This document shows positions 54,468 through 63,230 of a stretch of DNA of 64,000 nt, piece after piece. The DNA comes from an uncultured virus (IMG/VR IMGVR_UViG_3300037963_005433) (lineage: Duplodnaviria; Heunggongvirae; Uroviricota; Caudoviricetes). The first letter of the stretch is position 1. Every line of letters begins with the position of its first letter. The notes beneath the pieces are model-generated. The model was given only the letters and a program-made list of their open reading frames with translations, made no database searches and had not been told where the DNA came from. The position numbers were made by a program, and so were the translations under genes. The stretch is from the IMG/VR virus record IMGVR_UViG_3300037963_005433, positions 1 through 64,000 of that record; one strand, given 5' to 3'.

Positions 54468-55226
54468 GTGAGCACTCTTGTTGCCAACCTGCCGCCTGTC
54501 AAAGTTTGGGTTCGGCGTGAGTATCTACGTGATCTTCGTGACGGGCATGGAGAATATACACCTGGTTATTGGGTAACTTGTAAGTCGCTATCTGGTCGTG
54601 CCCTTTATTTTGAAACATATCTGACTGAATATGGTGCGTTATATGACAAGCTTCCTATCAGTGCTTTTCTTGCTTGGGATTCTGATCATCCCGACGAGCC
54701 CGTGGCTCCTACTCCTGATCTCCCGCTAACTGACCTTCAGTTCTGGAATGGATTTGACACTGGTCTTGTGGTGGTCGAAAAGAATCTGATCTTCAACATG
54801 GAGTTTGAAGTGATGACGCGGGATGCAGGTATTCAACGTGGATCTTATCTATTCACGATCGACAACTATCATCCGCACCGCAATGAGCCTGATTTTTACT
54901 TTGCGGAGATGCCCGATGAGCATAAGTCCCACAACATTGTGGAGCTAGAGAACGGTCAGATTGGTGCCTACCCAAACAATCGGTGTCGCATGGTTGATCC
55001 TTCGCTCACAAACCATGACCTGAAAACACCTGACTTCAAAGTTTCGACGCGCTATTTTAATGTAGAGCACGCTCCTAAGTGGGGCAGGCTTGGTGAGACA
55101 GATGATTATTTCTGGAAGACACCAAATGAAACCCCTACACCAACAGAGGAACCCACTGATACTACTTCTGACGCTCTCGGTGCTGAGTTTTATAAGTCAG
55201 CCCGGAATAAGCAAACCAAAGCATAG
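54468..55226 (+). CDS. Conserved cyanophage hypothetical protein
   Basis: LVANLPP..VRREYL.D..DGHGE..GALYDKLPISAF..EHKSHN..YPNNR. Confidence 0.78.
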   Translation: MSTLVANLPPVKVWVRREYLRDLRDGHGEYTPGYWVTCKSLSGRALYFETYLTEYGALYDKLPISAFLAWDSDHPDEPVAPTPDLPLTDLQFWNGFDTGLVVVEKNLIFNMEFEVMTRDAGIQRGSYLFTIDNYHPHRNEPDFYFAEMPDEHKSHNIVELENGQIGAYPNNRCRMVDPSLTNHDLKTPDFKVSTRYFNVEHAPKWGRLGETDDYFWKTPNETPTPTEEPTDTTSDALGAEFYKSARNKQTKA

Positions 55227-55354
55227 TTTGCGTTGTGTTCATGCTCAAGAGATTATTGAGGTTCTAAAAGAGGACCGAAGTTTATCTGAAACAGCGAAGG
55301 CAAACATCATTGAAGGGGTGTTTGCCAACTCTCCTTCCACTTGCAAATTCAAAC

Positions 55355-55525
55355 ATGGATGATCACACTTTTGAAAACTGGATCAGAGTCAAAGATGCTC
55401 TAGAAGAGGCAGGAAAAACTGACTGTTTGTTCTATCGAAGAGCCACAACAATTGTAAATGGAGGTAAACTAACCAAAGATCCTTTCGAGTTACCTACTCT
55501 TGAGTTGTCGGAGGAGAAAGAATAG
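55355..55525 (+). CDS. Small conserved cyanophage protein
   Basis: ENW.RVK.ALE.AGKTDC.FY.RA motif. Confidence 0.7.
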   Translation: MDDHTFENWIRVKDALEEAGKTDCLFYRRATTIVNGGKLTKDPFELPTLELSEEKE

Positions 55526-55784
55526 CCAAATACGGTTAGCTTTTTATAAACGGAAGCAGGAATGTTGCCGTTGTGGATGTAGCGATCACCGTGTCCTTGA
55601 GTTTCATCATGTCGATGAAAAGAGCTACAACATTGCCGACATGGCATCTCGGGGATACGCTTGGTCCAGAATTGAAGACGAATTAAAAAAATGCGAGACA
55701 GTCTGTGCAAACTGCCATCGCATTCTTCATCATGAACAGAAGTTACTCAGCGAAGACTTGCCTTCACCATCCATGCAGCCTTGA
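55500..55784 (+). CDS. HNH endonuclease-like protein (start unclear, possibly truncated)
   Basis: CCRCG..LEFHH..ELKKC..CANCHRILH. Confidence 0.65.
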   Translation: MSCRRRKNSQIRLAFYKRKQECCRCGCSDHRVLEFHHVDEKSYNIADMASRGYAWSRIEDELKKCETVCANCHRILHHEQKLLSEDLPSPSMQP

Positions 55785-56232
55785 AGGCATCACCTGTTAG
55801 ATCAGCCAAGAAGTTAGCGATGTCGATGGCACCGATCTTGGTGGCAACAGGCTCAAGCTTTTTACACTTCATGCCAAGTGTTTCAAGGTTCTTGGAGTAC
55901 ACATAGAGTTGTGTACCGCCTTGATAGCTATCGACATGATCAAACTTGGAGGCAGCACCCCGTAAGCCTTTACCGCACATTGGCATTAGGTAGTCCATAC
56001 TGCGGATGTACTCAGACATCTTGTCGAACTGTTTGAGATGCGCTTTGTACTGATCCTTAAGGAAAGCATGCACTGCCAGAAAATTTGTCCCCTCGTAGTT
56101 GAGGTGGATCAAGTGTGACTGCGTTTCCAGTTCCTTCAAATATGCAGAGATTTCAATGCATTGTTTGATGAACTTACCGATTGCAGACTTTGAATCCTGC
56201 GGTTCGGGCTCTTGTCGTGTTGGAGTTTCCAT
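55747..56232 (-). CDS. Dps/ferritin-like protein
   Basis: HLIHLNYEG.NFLAVH.FL..QY..H..QFD.MSE..R and KAAWMVKA. Confidence 0.82.
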   Translation of the reverse strand: METPTRQEPEPQDSKSAIGKFIKQCIEISAYLKELETQSHLIHLNYEGTNFLAVHAFLKDQYKAHLKQFDKMSEYIRSMDYLMPMCGKGLRGAASKFDHVDSYQGGTQLYVYSKNLETLGMKCKKLEPVATKIGAIDIANFLADLTGDAFKAAWMVKASLR

Positions 56233-56465
56233 CAGGCTTGCGGTAGGTTTCCTGCTTCGTACTGAGCAATTGCGTCCATCATTTCAAAGAAGCGATCACG
56301 CATTGCATAACCAGCTTCTTTGATGCAGAACTCTTCCCAAAGCCCGGTGTAAACGCCGTGCATTGGATGATCTTTATTATCTCTTCCGTAGACTTTGTAG
56401 CAATGGTCCATGAAGATCACACGTTTCTGCTGCTCTTCAAGGTCCCAACCTTCAAGATTGTTCAT
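56232..56465 (-). CDS. Small hypothetical protein
   Basis: YGRD..HPMHGVYTGLW motif; likely ATG at 56465. Confidence 0.65.
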   Translation of the reverse strand: MNNLEGWDLEEQQKRVIFMDHCYKVYGRDNKDHPMHGVYTGLWEEFCIKEAGYAMRDRFFEMMDAIAQYEAGNLPQA

Positions 56466-56655
56466 ACGCTTGGATGCCTGTGATGCTAGTGAACACAGCA
56501 CCTATTTTAGGGCTGATTTCAAAGGTTAGATCACTGAGATCGGCTTCTAAAGATTCTGCAACTTCCCGTGGGGTCTTACCTGAAAACGAGTCGTAATCAA
56601 GATCAACGTCAACGGAAAAAGAAACAGTGAGCGATTGCGTTTGAACGGGTTCCAT
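56452..56655 (-). CDS. Small acidic hypothetical protein
   Basis: 67-aa ORF in the operon. Confidence 0.6.
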   Translation of the reverse strand: MEPVQTQSLTVSFSVDVDLDYDSFSGKTPREVAESLEADLSDLTFEISPKIGAVFTSITGIQAYEQS

Positions 56656-56695
56656 TAAAGGATTGTAGGGATGAAATAATGTTAACAGTATTTAA

Positions 56696-58987
56696 TTATT
56701 CAGCCTCAAGGGCTGCAACTTTGGTCTCTAAGGTTTCAATTTTGGCGATTGCTTCTTGTAATGCTGCTGTTAGCAGTGGAACAAGTTTGGACTTGTCTAT
56801 CTGCTGCATGACGGGGTTGCCGTCATCATCAACCTCGTTATGCGTTCCAGTAACAGCTTGTGGTACGACAGCTTGTGCTTCGTGAGCGATAAAACCATCA
56901 ACCGTATTCTCGGGATCTACAATAAAGTTAAAGCGCCTAGGTTGCAGTTGCTTAAGGCGAGTAATACCATCAGTAATATCAACAATGTTTTCTTTTAGGC
57001 GATAGTCAGAATTTTCGTTAAAAGAAGTGGCGCTTGAGGAAACAGTAATACTTCCTACGAGGCTTCCACTTCTTCTACAGTGCATAATAGCGCCATCATT
57101 ATTTCTGTTGATATGGCCTCCATCGGCAGAACAACTAATAAAATATTTGCCGTTTGCATTAAAAGAAGTTCCTGCAGTAGTATTTCCATCACCAGGGTTA
57201 TCGGTAGTTGTACCGACTGAAAGATGCCCATTGCTCGAAATTCGCATCCGCTCGGTATTAGCGGTTGCAAATGTCATGATGTTTCCATCAAACAGTGTAA
57301 TCTTGCAATGTGGTGTATTATCATCGCCACCATTGACAAGGACTAAATCACCGGCAGAGTTTGAAATCCAAGCTTCACGAGTATCTGTGCCATCTTTTAG
57401 ACGAATAGAAGGCGTTGAAGCATCATCTGAGTCTCCTTTAATGACTAGCAAGCCGTCCATGGTTGTTTCGCCAATGCCGATGCGACCCGAGCTGTCGATA
57501 CGCATTTTTTCAGCGTCAGCTACATTAAATCTGATATTGCCACTGGCTTTGTTAATTACATATACATCTGAACCAGACTGACCAAATATACCAACGTTAG
57601 TAGAACTTCCATTTGTCCGGCAATAAAGAGCACCGCCGCCGCTGCCGTTAATGTCAACTATTCGAGTAAAGCTGTTGTGATCAGTTGGTGACGTCGTTCC
57701 AATGCCAACAAAGCCTGAGCTGTCGATTCGCATCCGCTCGCCTGCGTCTGTAGAAAAACGCATGGCATTTGAGCCATTCAGGTATTCAATAATTCCAGGA
57801 TTAACGTCATCTTTGTCGCCAAAATTGATTATTGAACTTGCGTTAGTTCCCGAAACAATAGAAACAGCGCAATCTTGTGCGCCGTTAAAGTTTCTTTGAA
57901 AAATACCAACTTCAGCGCCGGTAAATGACGGAGTGCCTTGGGTGGCGTCATGAACTGCATGGATTCCACCTGTTTGACACCCAGGCGACGTCGTTCCAAT
58001 GCCAACATTGCCATCAGCTTCGATTCTTAATTTCTCGACAAGAGCATCCGTACTGGTGTTAGAAGGATGTGTCCAAAAAGCCAAACCAGTTTGATTTGGG
58101 TCTACATCTGTTTGTACGATTGAAATAGCACAATGCTTGTTCTCTTGGTTTAGTGTGTCCGAATCACAGCTGCCAAAAGCTAAAGCAGGTCCATAGTTGC
58201 CATTACTAGATGTTCCGTTGCCTCTAATGAAAAGACCAACGCCATCGTAATCATTGTAAGTAGCGTTGAAGTTGCCCGATGCTGGATCAGTTGTTAATAC
58301 TGCGTTGGGCGACGATGTTCCAATGCCAACTCGCCCAGAGCTGTCGATGCGTAGACGCTCCGCGTTGTTAGCAAAAAACAGCATTGCATCATCGTTATTT
58401 GCATACTGGATTTGACCGATATTGTTATCATCACTATCGCCCATTTGAATTACAGACGTTCCAGACGTTGATGCATTGAGCATCAAGATCGGATTCCCTG
58501 AGCCTGTACCAATTTTTACGGTGCCATCAGATTGGATACGCATCCGCTCGGTCGGGCTGTCTCCGCCGTCCGCTGTGGTGGAAAATACTAAACGGGTTGG
58601 CTTATCATCATCCCCATGATCACCATCGGCAAAAGCACGAATTGTTGCGCACTCTTGATGAGTTGTAGCTGTTGAATCATTGCCATACCAACTGATTGCA
58701 CCAAGTTCGTTGCCAGAAGATACGGAAGTGTCGTTACGCAATAGCGCAATAGCGCCGCCACCATTACGGGCAACTTGCAGCATTTCGTTGTTTCCGCCGA
58801 ATGCACTAGTCGTACCAATCATCACTCGACCAGAGCCATCAACTGTTAAGCGTGCGATTGATTGGGTTGCTACTGCTACTTCATTTTCAGCACCACAAAA
58901 CACGCCGGTTTGCGGTGCATCGGAGGTGCTTGCAAAGGCAAGAGCCTGAACCAGATCACTAATAAGTTGTGCTCTTGTCTGTGACAT
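56696..58987 (-). CDS. Tail fibre protein 3 with C-terminal intramolecular chaperone (peptidase S74)
   Basis: ERMRIDSSG repeats; SDYRLKENI..GFIAHE..LVPLLTAALQEA. Confidence 0.9.
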   Translation of the reverse strand: MSQTRAQLISDLVQALAFASTSDAPQTGVFCGAENEVAVATQSIARLTVDGSGRVMIGTTSAFGGNNEMLQVARNGGGAIALLRNDTSVSSGNELGAISWYGNDSTATTHQECATIRAFADGDHGDDDKPTRLVFSTTADGGDSPTERMRIQSDGTVKIGTGSGNPILMLNASTSGTSVIQMGDSDDNNIGQIQYANNDDAMLFFANNAERLRIDSSGRVGIGTSSPNAVLTTDPASGNFNATYNDYDGVGLFIRGNGTSSNGNYGPALAFGSCDSDTLNQENKHCAISIVQTDVDPNQTGLAFWTHPSNTSTDALVEKLRIEADGNVGIGTTSPGCQTGGIHAVHDATQGTPSFTGAEVGIFQRNFNGAQDCAVSIVSGTNASSIINFGDKDDVNPGIIEYLNGSNAMRFSTDAGERMRIDSSGFVGIGTTSPTDHNSFTRIVDINGSGGGALYCRTNGSSTNVGIFGQSGSDVYVINKASGNIRFNVADAEKMRIDSSGRIGIGETTMDGLLVIKGDSDDASTPSIRLKDGTDTREAWISNSAGDLVLVNGGDDNTPHCKITLFDGNIMTFATANTERMRISSNGHLSVGTTTDNPGDGNTTAGTSFNANGKYFISCSADGGHINRNNDGAIMHCRRSGSLVGSITVSSSATSFNENSDYRLKENIVDITDGITRLKQLQPRRFNFIVDPENTVDGFIAHEAQAVVPQAVTGTHNEVDDDGNPVMQQIDKSKLVPLLTAALQEAIAKIETLETKVAALEAE

Positions 58988-59039
58988 CTTTTTAAAACTA
59001 TTTCCGTCTTTCTATTTTACGACTTGTAGTCTGGGCAAT

Positions 59040-59064
59040 AAAAAAGCCCGCTTGGTGCGGGCTT
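59040..59064 (-). terminator. Rho-independent terminator
   Basis: AAGCCCGC/GCGGGCTT stem with T-run on the minus strand. Confidence 0.85.
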
Positions 59065-59084
59065 GTCAGTATGTAATTAAAAAA

Positions 59085-59450
59085 TCAGAAGTTCCACTTC
59101 AGGCCTGCTTTGGAGCCATAGGAGGCATCATCAGCAAAGACACCAGACAGTTCACCGTAGACTGACAGTGATTCGGTAGCCGCCACAGAGAAACCAGTCT
59201 TGGCGCTGAGGTCAGTGCTGTTGCTGCCGGTGGCAGGGTTCGAGAGGTAAGGACCACCCTGGAGATACCATCCAAGTGCACCGGTGGTGCCTTCAATACC
59301 AACATGGATGTCTGTACCGTGACCAGCACCCTTACCTTTCTTGTCCCAACCTGCGTTGTTCTCAATGTTTAAGTAAGGTCCAGCCAGGACGGGGCTTGCA
59401 ATCAGACAGGAGATGCAAGCAACTGAGAATGCTTTAATTGCTTTAAGCAC
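59085..59450 (-). CDS. Small outer-membrane beta-barrel (porin-like) protein
   Basis: Signal peptide ending VLA; GPY..E.NAG, WYLQGGP, VYGELS; terminal KWNF. Confidence 0.8.
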   Translation of the reverse strand: MLKAIKAFSVACISCLIASPVLAGPYLNIENNAGWDKKGKGAGHGTDIHVGIEGTTGALGWYLQGGPYLSNPATGSNSTDLSAKTGFSVAATESLSVYGELSGVFADDASYGSKAGLKWNF

Positions 59451-59503
59451 AGTAAGTAAGCGAAATTGCCTACGAATCTTAGTATTAAAAAACAGTTTGT
59501 CTA

Positions 59504-59770
59504 CTACTGTTCGTACAGTTTTTCAAGTGAATTCGTCTTGGTTTTCTCGTAGTAACCAATACGTTCTTGGATAATGTTGTAGTAGCTGATGGCTGCATCA
59601 ACCATTTCTTCAGCATTCATTTGTGCTGCAAGGCTTTCATTTGCCAGCATTGCAGCGGTCAAGATCGTGACGCCCCACTCATTCTTGGAGCCAGCAATAG
59701 CAGAAAGCGGTGTCCCTTCCTGCGTAAACCCCGCAATCAAGTTAGTTAATTGATCAGGATTTTGCGCCAT
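59504..59770 (-). CDS. Hypothetical protein
   Basis: 88-aa ORF. Confidence 0.6.
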   Translation of the reverse strand: MAQNPDQLTNLIAGFTQEGTPLSAIAGSKNEWGVTILTAAMLANESLAAQMNAEEMVDAAISYYNIIQERIGYYEKTKTNSLEKLYEQ

Positions 59771-59804
59771 GGGAACACCGCCGTTTCATTTAATTGTATC
59801 GGCC

Positions 59805-60059
59805 CTAGTTTTCGTGCCGAGCAATCCAATACCAANNNNNNNNNNAACAGTTAGCAGCGTTCTGATGGAAACGTTTGCTGTTGAGAAGCTTCAGCTTTTT
59901 AGCTTCAAGCTCCTCGACCTTGTCTGCGTTACCAGGAAGGATGTCATCACCATTGCAAAGCATTGATGTCTCCAGTTCATTGGCTTCGATCTGAAGCTCA
60001 ATGTCCTTCATGGTTTGCTGGTAGCACTGCATTTTGATCTGTGCGTCAGACAGATTCGT
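59805..60059 (-). CDS. Coiled-coil hypothetical protein (start uncertain; spans the N gap)
   Basis: C-terminal part of ORF 59805..60386; GGAGG precedes an in-frame ACG at 60059. Confidence 0.45.
   Translation of the reverse strand, partial: TNLSDAQIKMQCYQQTMKDIELQIEANELETSMLCNGDDILPGNADKVEELEAKKLKLLNSKRFHQNAANCXXXXWYWIARHEN
59836..59845. other. Assembly gap (10 N)
   Basis: Run of n bases. Confidence 1.
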
Positions 60060-60765
60060 TGGTGCCTCCAGCTTCTGGTACAAGTTGCCCGAGATATTCG
60101 GGTGCTTCCACTTCCAATTCATTGCTAACGAGGCGTCGTGTTCGTATCGAAAATTCTTGTATGACTTTGACTCCGTCTGGTAGTTGCTGTCCGTTCGTGT
60201 GGGCGTCGCGTATTGCATCGAGATTCGGGAGGATTTCTGTAGTTGTTTTGGGTTCCGTTCTTTCTTCAAGAACTTCTCCTGACATTGAACGTACCACGGT
60301 GTGCTTAGTGACGCACACTTCTTGCTGGATGCAGAAGGAATCTTGTTCAGAAGGTTCCCATAACTGCGGATCCGTTTTGATTTCAACTGCTAGCTCCTTG
60401 CGTTTAGATACAGTGAACTGATAGTTACGCCCATTGATCTTGTTGGTATCAAGGGGCAAAGAACGGCGCAAATACTTGACCAGTTCTTTTAGCTGCCGCA
60501 CCTGAGATTCGTGGTGCTTTTGTGCCTCCTGTAGTTTTACTTTTTCTTTTTTAGCGCGTTCCGCACTGTCTTCGTGATGGGCGAGCGCGTAGTAGATACG
60601 ATCCACCTTTTCAGACCGTAGCTTGGAACAGGCTTCCAACTCTGCCCGCGCCAAGTCTTGGGACTCAGGAGTGAGAAGAGGAAAAGAGCGTTCCAGGGCA
60701 CCATAGTGCTGGTAAAGCTGCAGGACGTTGAGCTTTTCTAGTTTAGTTTGAGTAATTTGTTCCAC
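60046..60765 (-). CDS. Siphovirus Gp157-like protein
   Basis: EKVDRI..AERAKKEKVKLQ..LKELV coil and PNLDAIRDA..G..LP.GV C-terminus. Confidence 0.72.
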   Translation of the reverse strand: MEQITQTKLEKLNVLQLYQHYGALERSFPLLTPESQDLARAELEACSKLRSEKVDRIYYALAHHEDSAERAKKEKVKLQEAQKHHESQVRQLKELVKYLRRSLPLDTNKINGRNYQFTVSKRKELAVEIKTDPQLWEPSEQDSFCIQQEVCVTKHTVVRSMSGEVLEERTEPKTTTEILPNLDAIRDAHTNGQQLPDGVKVIQEFSIRTRRLVSNELEVEAPEYLGQLVPEAGGTNESV

Positions 60766-60773
60766 GGTTCGTA

Positions 60774-60893
60774 TCAGAAAGAGGTGACGTGGGATTGAAT
60801 TCGATTCATTGCATATGCCAGCAGCCCAGCGGCTGCTGTCAAAAGAAGATCTCGAAGAATGGGAAGAGCAGAAGCGAGGATGGTCTCGAACAT
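60774..60893 (-). CDS. 39-aa hydrophobic protein MFETILASALPILRDLLLTAAAGLLAYAM... (not in ORF track)
   Basis: Read by hand; follows pseudoknot copy 2. Confidence 0.6.
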   Translation of the reverse strand: MFETILASALPILRDLLLTAAAGLLAYAMNRIQSHVTSF

Positions 60894-60913
60894 TGAAGGA
60901 ATGGTTTAGGTGT

Positions 60914-60942
60914 CCGTCAGTTTTAGGTCGTGACCAGGACCT
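60914..60942 (-). ncRNA. H-type pseudoknot leader element, copy 2
   Basis: AGGTC-CTG-GTCA-C-GACCT-AAAAC-TGAC. Confidence 0.65.
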
Positions 60943-60960
60943 GGAGTCTAAGGGGGTGTG

Positions 60961-61902
60961 TCAACCCCCCTTCTTCCAGATGTGCTTGAGCTGTTGCAGG
61001 CTGTCACCGGGATATGGGACATAGCCTGCTTCGAGCATGTTGTCGAACAGTTCCCAACTGTCATCTTCTGTAAAAGTTTCGCCCTTGCGATAGTGCCGCC
61101 AGTGACTGAGCGGTGCGTTTACACCGGACTTGGTATGGATAAGGGTCATGCGTCCCTTGGTATTGCCGTCTTCAGGCGGTGCGTACCACCAGGCAACACA
61201 CTTCTCTGGTACGTCGTTGCATTCGATCCGGATCTGAGACCGCTTGCTGATGAACTCGCGGTACTTTTCGACCCAGCTCAGGTGTTTGCAACGTGGTTTG
61301 AAGTGTGGGATCTCTTCCTTGAACGCCTGTAGATGATTGAGCTGGCGATGAAAGGACCCACATGAGCAATAAGGTTCGCCAAAACTAGCTTGCTCTTCCT
61401 GCTCTTCGTCAAAGTCACCATCCAAGTCAAGGAGCCGAGGTTTAATGTGAAACCCGTCTGGTGCAATGAGATACCCAATATCGAACTGTTCGTTCTGGAG
61501 TACGGGGAGTAAGGCATCTTTGGTATCAAAGTGGATGAGCTGATCAGCAAACCGTGCCTGGAAACGAGCGTTGGGATTGAGCCGCTCGCCTAGTGAGTGT
61601 GTGTATGACCAGCCTTTGAACAAGACATAACCGTTGTCCCGCCATGCACTGGGTCCACGATAATTAGGTCCAAGGTACGCAAAGAAGTTCGGTAGTCTGT
61701 TTGTGAACTTCGTGAATGCAGCGCAGACCTTTTCCCTGGGAAACTCTTGGCTGGTGCCGTCAGTGCGAGTGATGCAAACGTTGTCGCCAACAAGACTGAT
61801 GCCCGCAATGTCAGTGTCATCAAAGTCATCGAATGCGCGGCGTAAATTAGAACGGCAATAAATGAGAGACTGTGCCTCATTTAGTTTGGTTTTGGTTTCC
61901 AT
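60961..61902 (-). CDS. SWIM zinc-finger protein
   Basis: YCSCGSF-x-CKH (23-aa spacer); likely ATG at 61902. Confidence 0.7.
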   Translation of the reverse strand: METKTKLNEAQSLIYCRSNLRRAFDDFDDTDIAGISLVGDNVCITRTDGTSQEFPREKVCAAFTKFTNRLPNFFAYLGPNYRGPSAWRDNGYVLFKGWSYTHSLGERLNPNARFQARFADQLIHFDTKDALLPVLQNEQFDIGYLIAPDGFHIKPRLLDLDGDFDEEQEEQASFGEPYCSCGSFHRQLNHLQAFKEEIPHFKPRCKHLSWVEKYREFISKRSQIRIECNDVPEKCVAWWYAPPEDGNTKGRMTLIHTKSGVNAPLSHWRHYRKGETFTEDDSWELFDNMLEAGYVPYPGDSLQQLKHIWKKGG

Positions 61903-61959
61903 TTGAATAGTTTGAGTTTGGTAAGATGTATGTAACATCCAAACAATCTTGGATATCAC

Positions 61960-62220
61960 ATGGACAACATCAAGTACGTTTCGTTAAGTCAATTCCAGAT
62001 TGAACCAACGTTGGACGATAAGTTCTGGCTGGAGAAAGTTAAGCGATTCGTAGATGATTGTGAATCAACCTCCACATTGAAAGAAGTGGCGACCATGTTA
62101 GCCACGATCGCCACCACAAGACAGGGTGTAATTCGTGGGTTGATCCAAGACATGTTCATCTTCCAGAATGTTGCTGTCGATGAGCAGGACGTGTCCAACC
62201 CAGATGTTACTTCAAAGTGA
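61960..62220 (+). CDS. Second, divergent NblA-like protein
   Basis: PTLDDKF..V..S..LKE..L..RQ..L aligns by eye with NblA LSLEQQF..V..S..AKD..L..RE..L. Confidence 0.5.
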   Translation: MDNIKYVSLSQFQIEPTLDDKFWLEKVKRFVDDCESTSTLKEVATMLATIATTRQGVIRGLIQDMFIFQNVAVDEQDVSNPDVTSK

Positions 62221-63219
62221 GGCGTCTTCGCCAGTGGGGTTCTGCTGAGCAGGCAGGGCGGGTGCATCGATAGTGCGGTTGGCAGGGGCGATCATTAGAC
62301 CGTCCTTCATGCCGTAGCTGCCACCGAGCTTCTCAGCGTCTTGCTTGGCATGCTGGTTGATGTAATCAGCAAACAGATCCTGGAACTTCCAAGCACTCTC
62401 ACGGTTGTCATCCGGGATAGTGAGGTTGTCTAGTGATGCAATAGCTGTGTCTTGATCGCTGTACTCAGGGATGTCAAACCCTTCGATGCAGCAGATCTCG
62501 ACGTTGTTTGCACCACGCATGTCATTCACCAGAGTCGGGATAAAGACTGTGGTGGCAAAGAACTTCTCGTTAAAGGCCAGGGGTACCTCAGCGTCCAGTG
62601 CTTTGCACAGACACTTGGACATTTCTTTCTCGTACATCTTGACCTTTTCGGCCATGTCCGTGCCATTCAAACCTTTGAGGGTAAGAACGATGGGAATCTT
62701 ATGAGCGGGCACATTGTCCTTGGTCAGGATGTTGACCAGGTACTTGGTGCGAACGCTGTACTTACGCTTGTACATCTCACCTTTGGCATTCGCCAGATCA
62801 GATGCAGTCTTGTCTGCTTCAAAGAGTTCCTTGACTTCAGGATCCTCGAAGGTGCCGATGGTTTGACGCATGCCACCGGTTTCTTCAACCATCAGTGGTG
62901 AACGCAGCAGAATCTGCAGCCGAGGGATGATGAAGTTCAGTCCTTCTTCGATAGAGGTGTTGGGTGCCAAGCCAAAGGTTTGCTTGTAATCCCAAAGGAC
63001 GGAGCCCTTGTCGAAGTCAGCTTCCTTGGCAGTCCAGTTGCAGGTGTCCAGATCGGACTTGCGGATGAACCAACCACGGGTCTTGGATTTGTTCAGAGGT
63101 TGAATCGTAACGAGGTTCTGGTAGCCAGAGACAAACTCTTTGGATTGGAACATCCGGAAGGAGTCAAGGCTGCGCTTGGTGATGGATGAAGCTTTTTTCA
63201 CAGTGAGGTTCGTAGTCAT
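62212..63219 (-). CDS. 335-aa protein, candidate ssDNA-binding/annealing protein
   Basis: In the operon with SSB and Gp157; beta-rich core with flexible tail. The function is inferred from context only. Confidence 0.5.
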   Translation of the reverse strand: MTTNLTVKKASSITKRSLDSFRMFQSKEFVSGYQNLVTIQPLNKSKTRGWFIRKSDLDTCNWTAKEADFDKGSVLWDYKQTFGLAPNTSIEEGLNFIIPRLQILLRSPLMVEETGGMRQTIGTFEDPEVKELFEADKTASDLANAKGEMYKRKYSVRTKYLVNILTKDNVPAHKIPIVLTLKGLNGTDMAEKVKMYEKEMSKCLCKALDAEVPLAFNEKFFATTVFIPTLVNDMRGANNVEICCIEGFDIPEYSDQDTAIASLDNLTIPDDNRESAWKFQDLFADYINQHAKQDAEKLGGSYGMKDGLMIAPANRTIDAPALPAQQNPTGEDASL

Positions 63220-63230
63220 GAAATGAAAAG

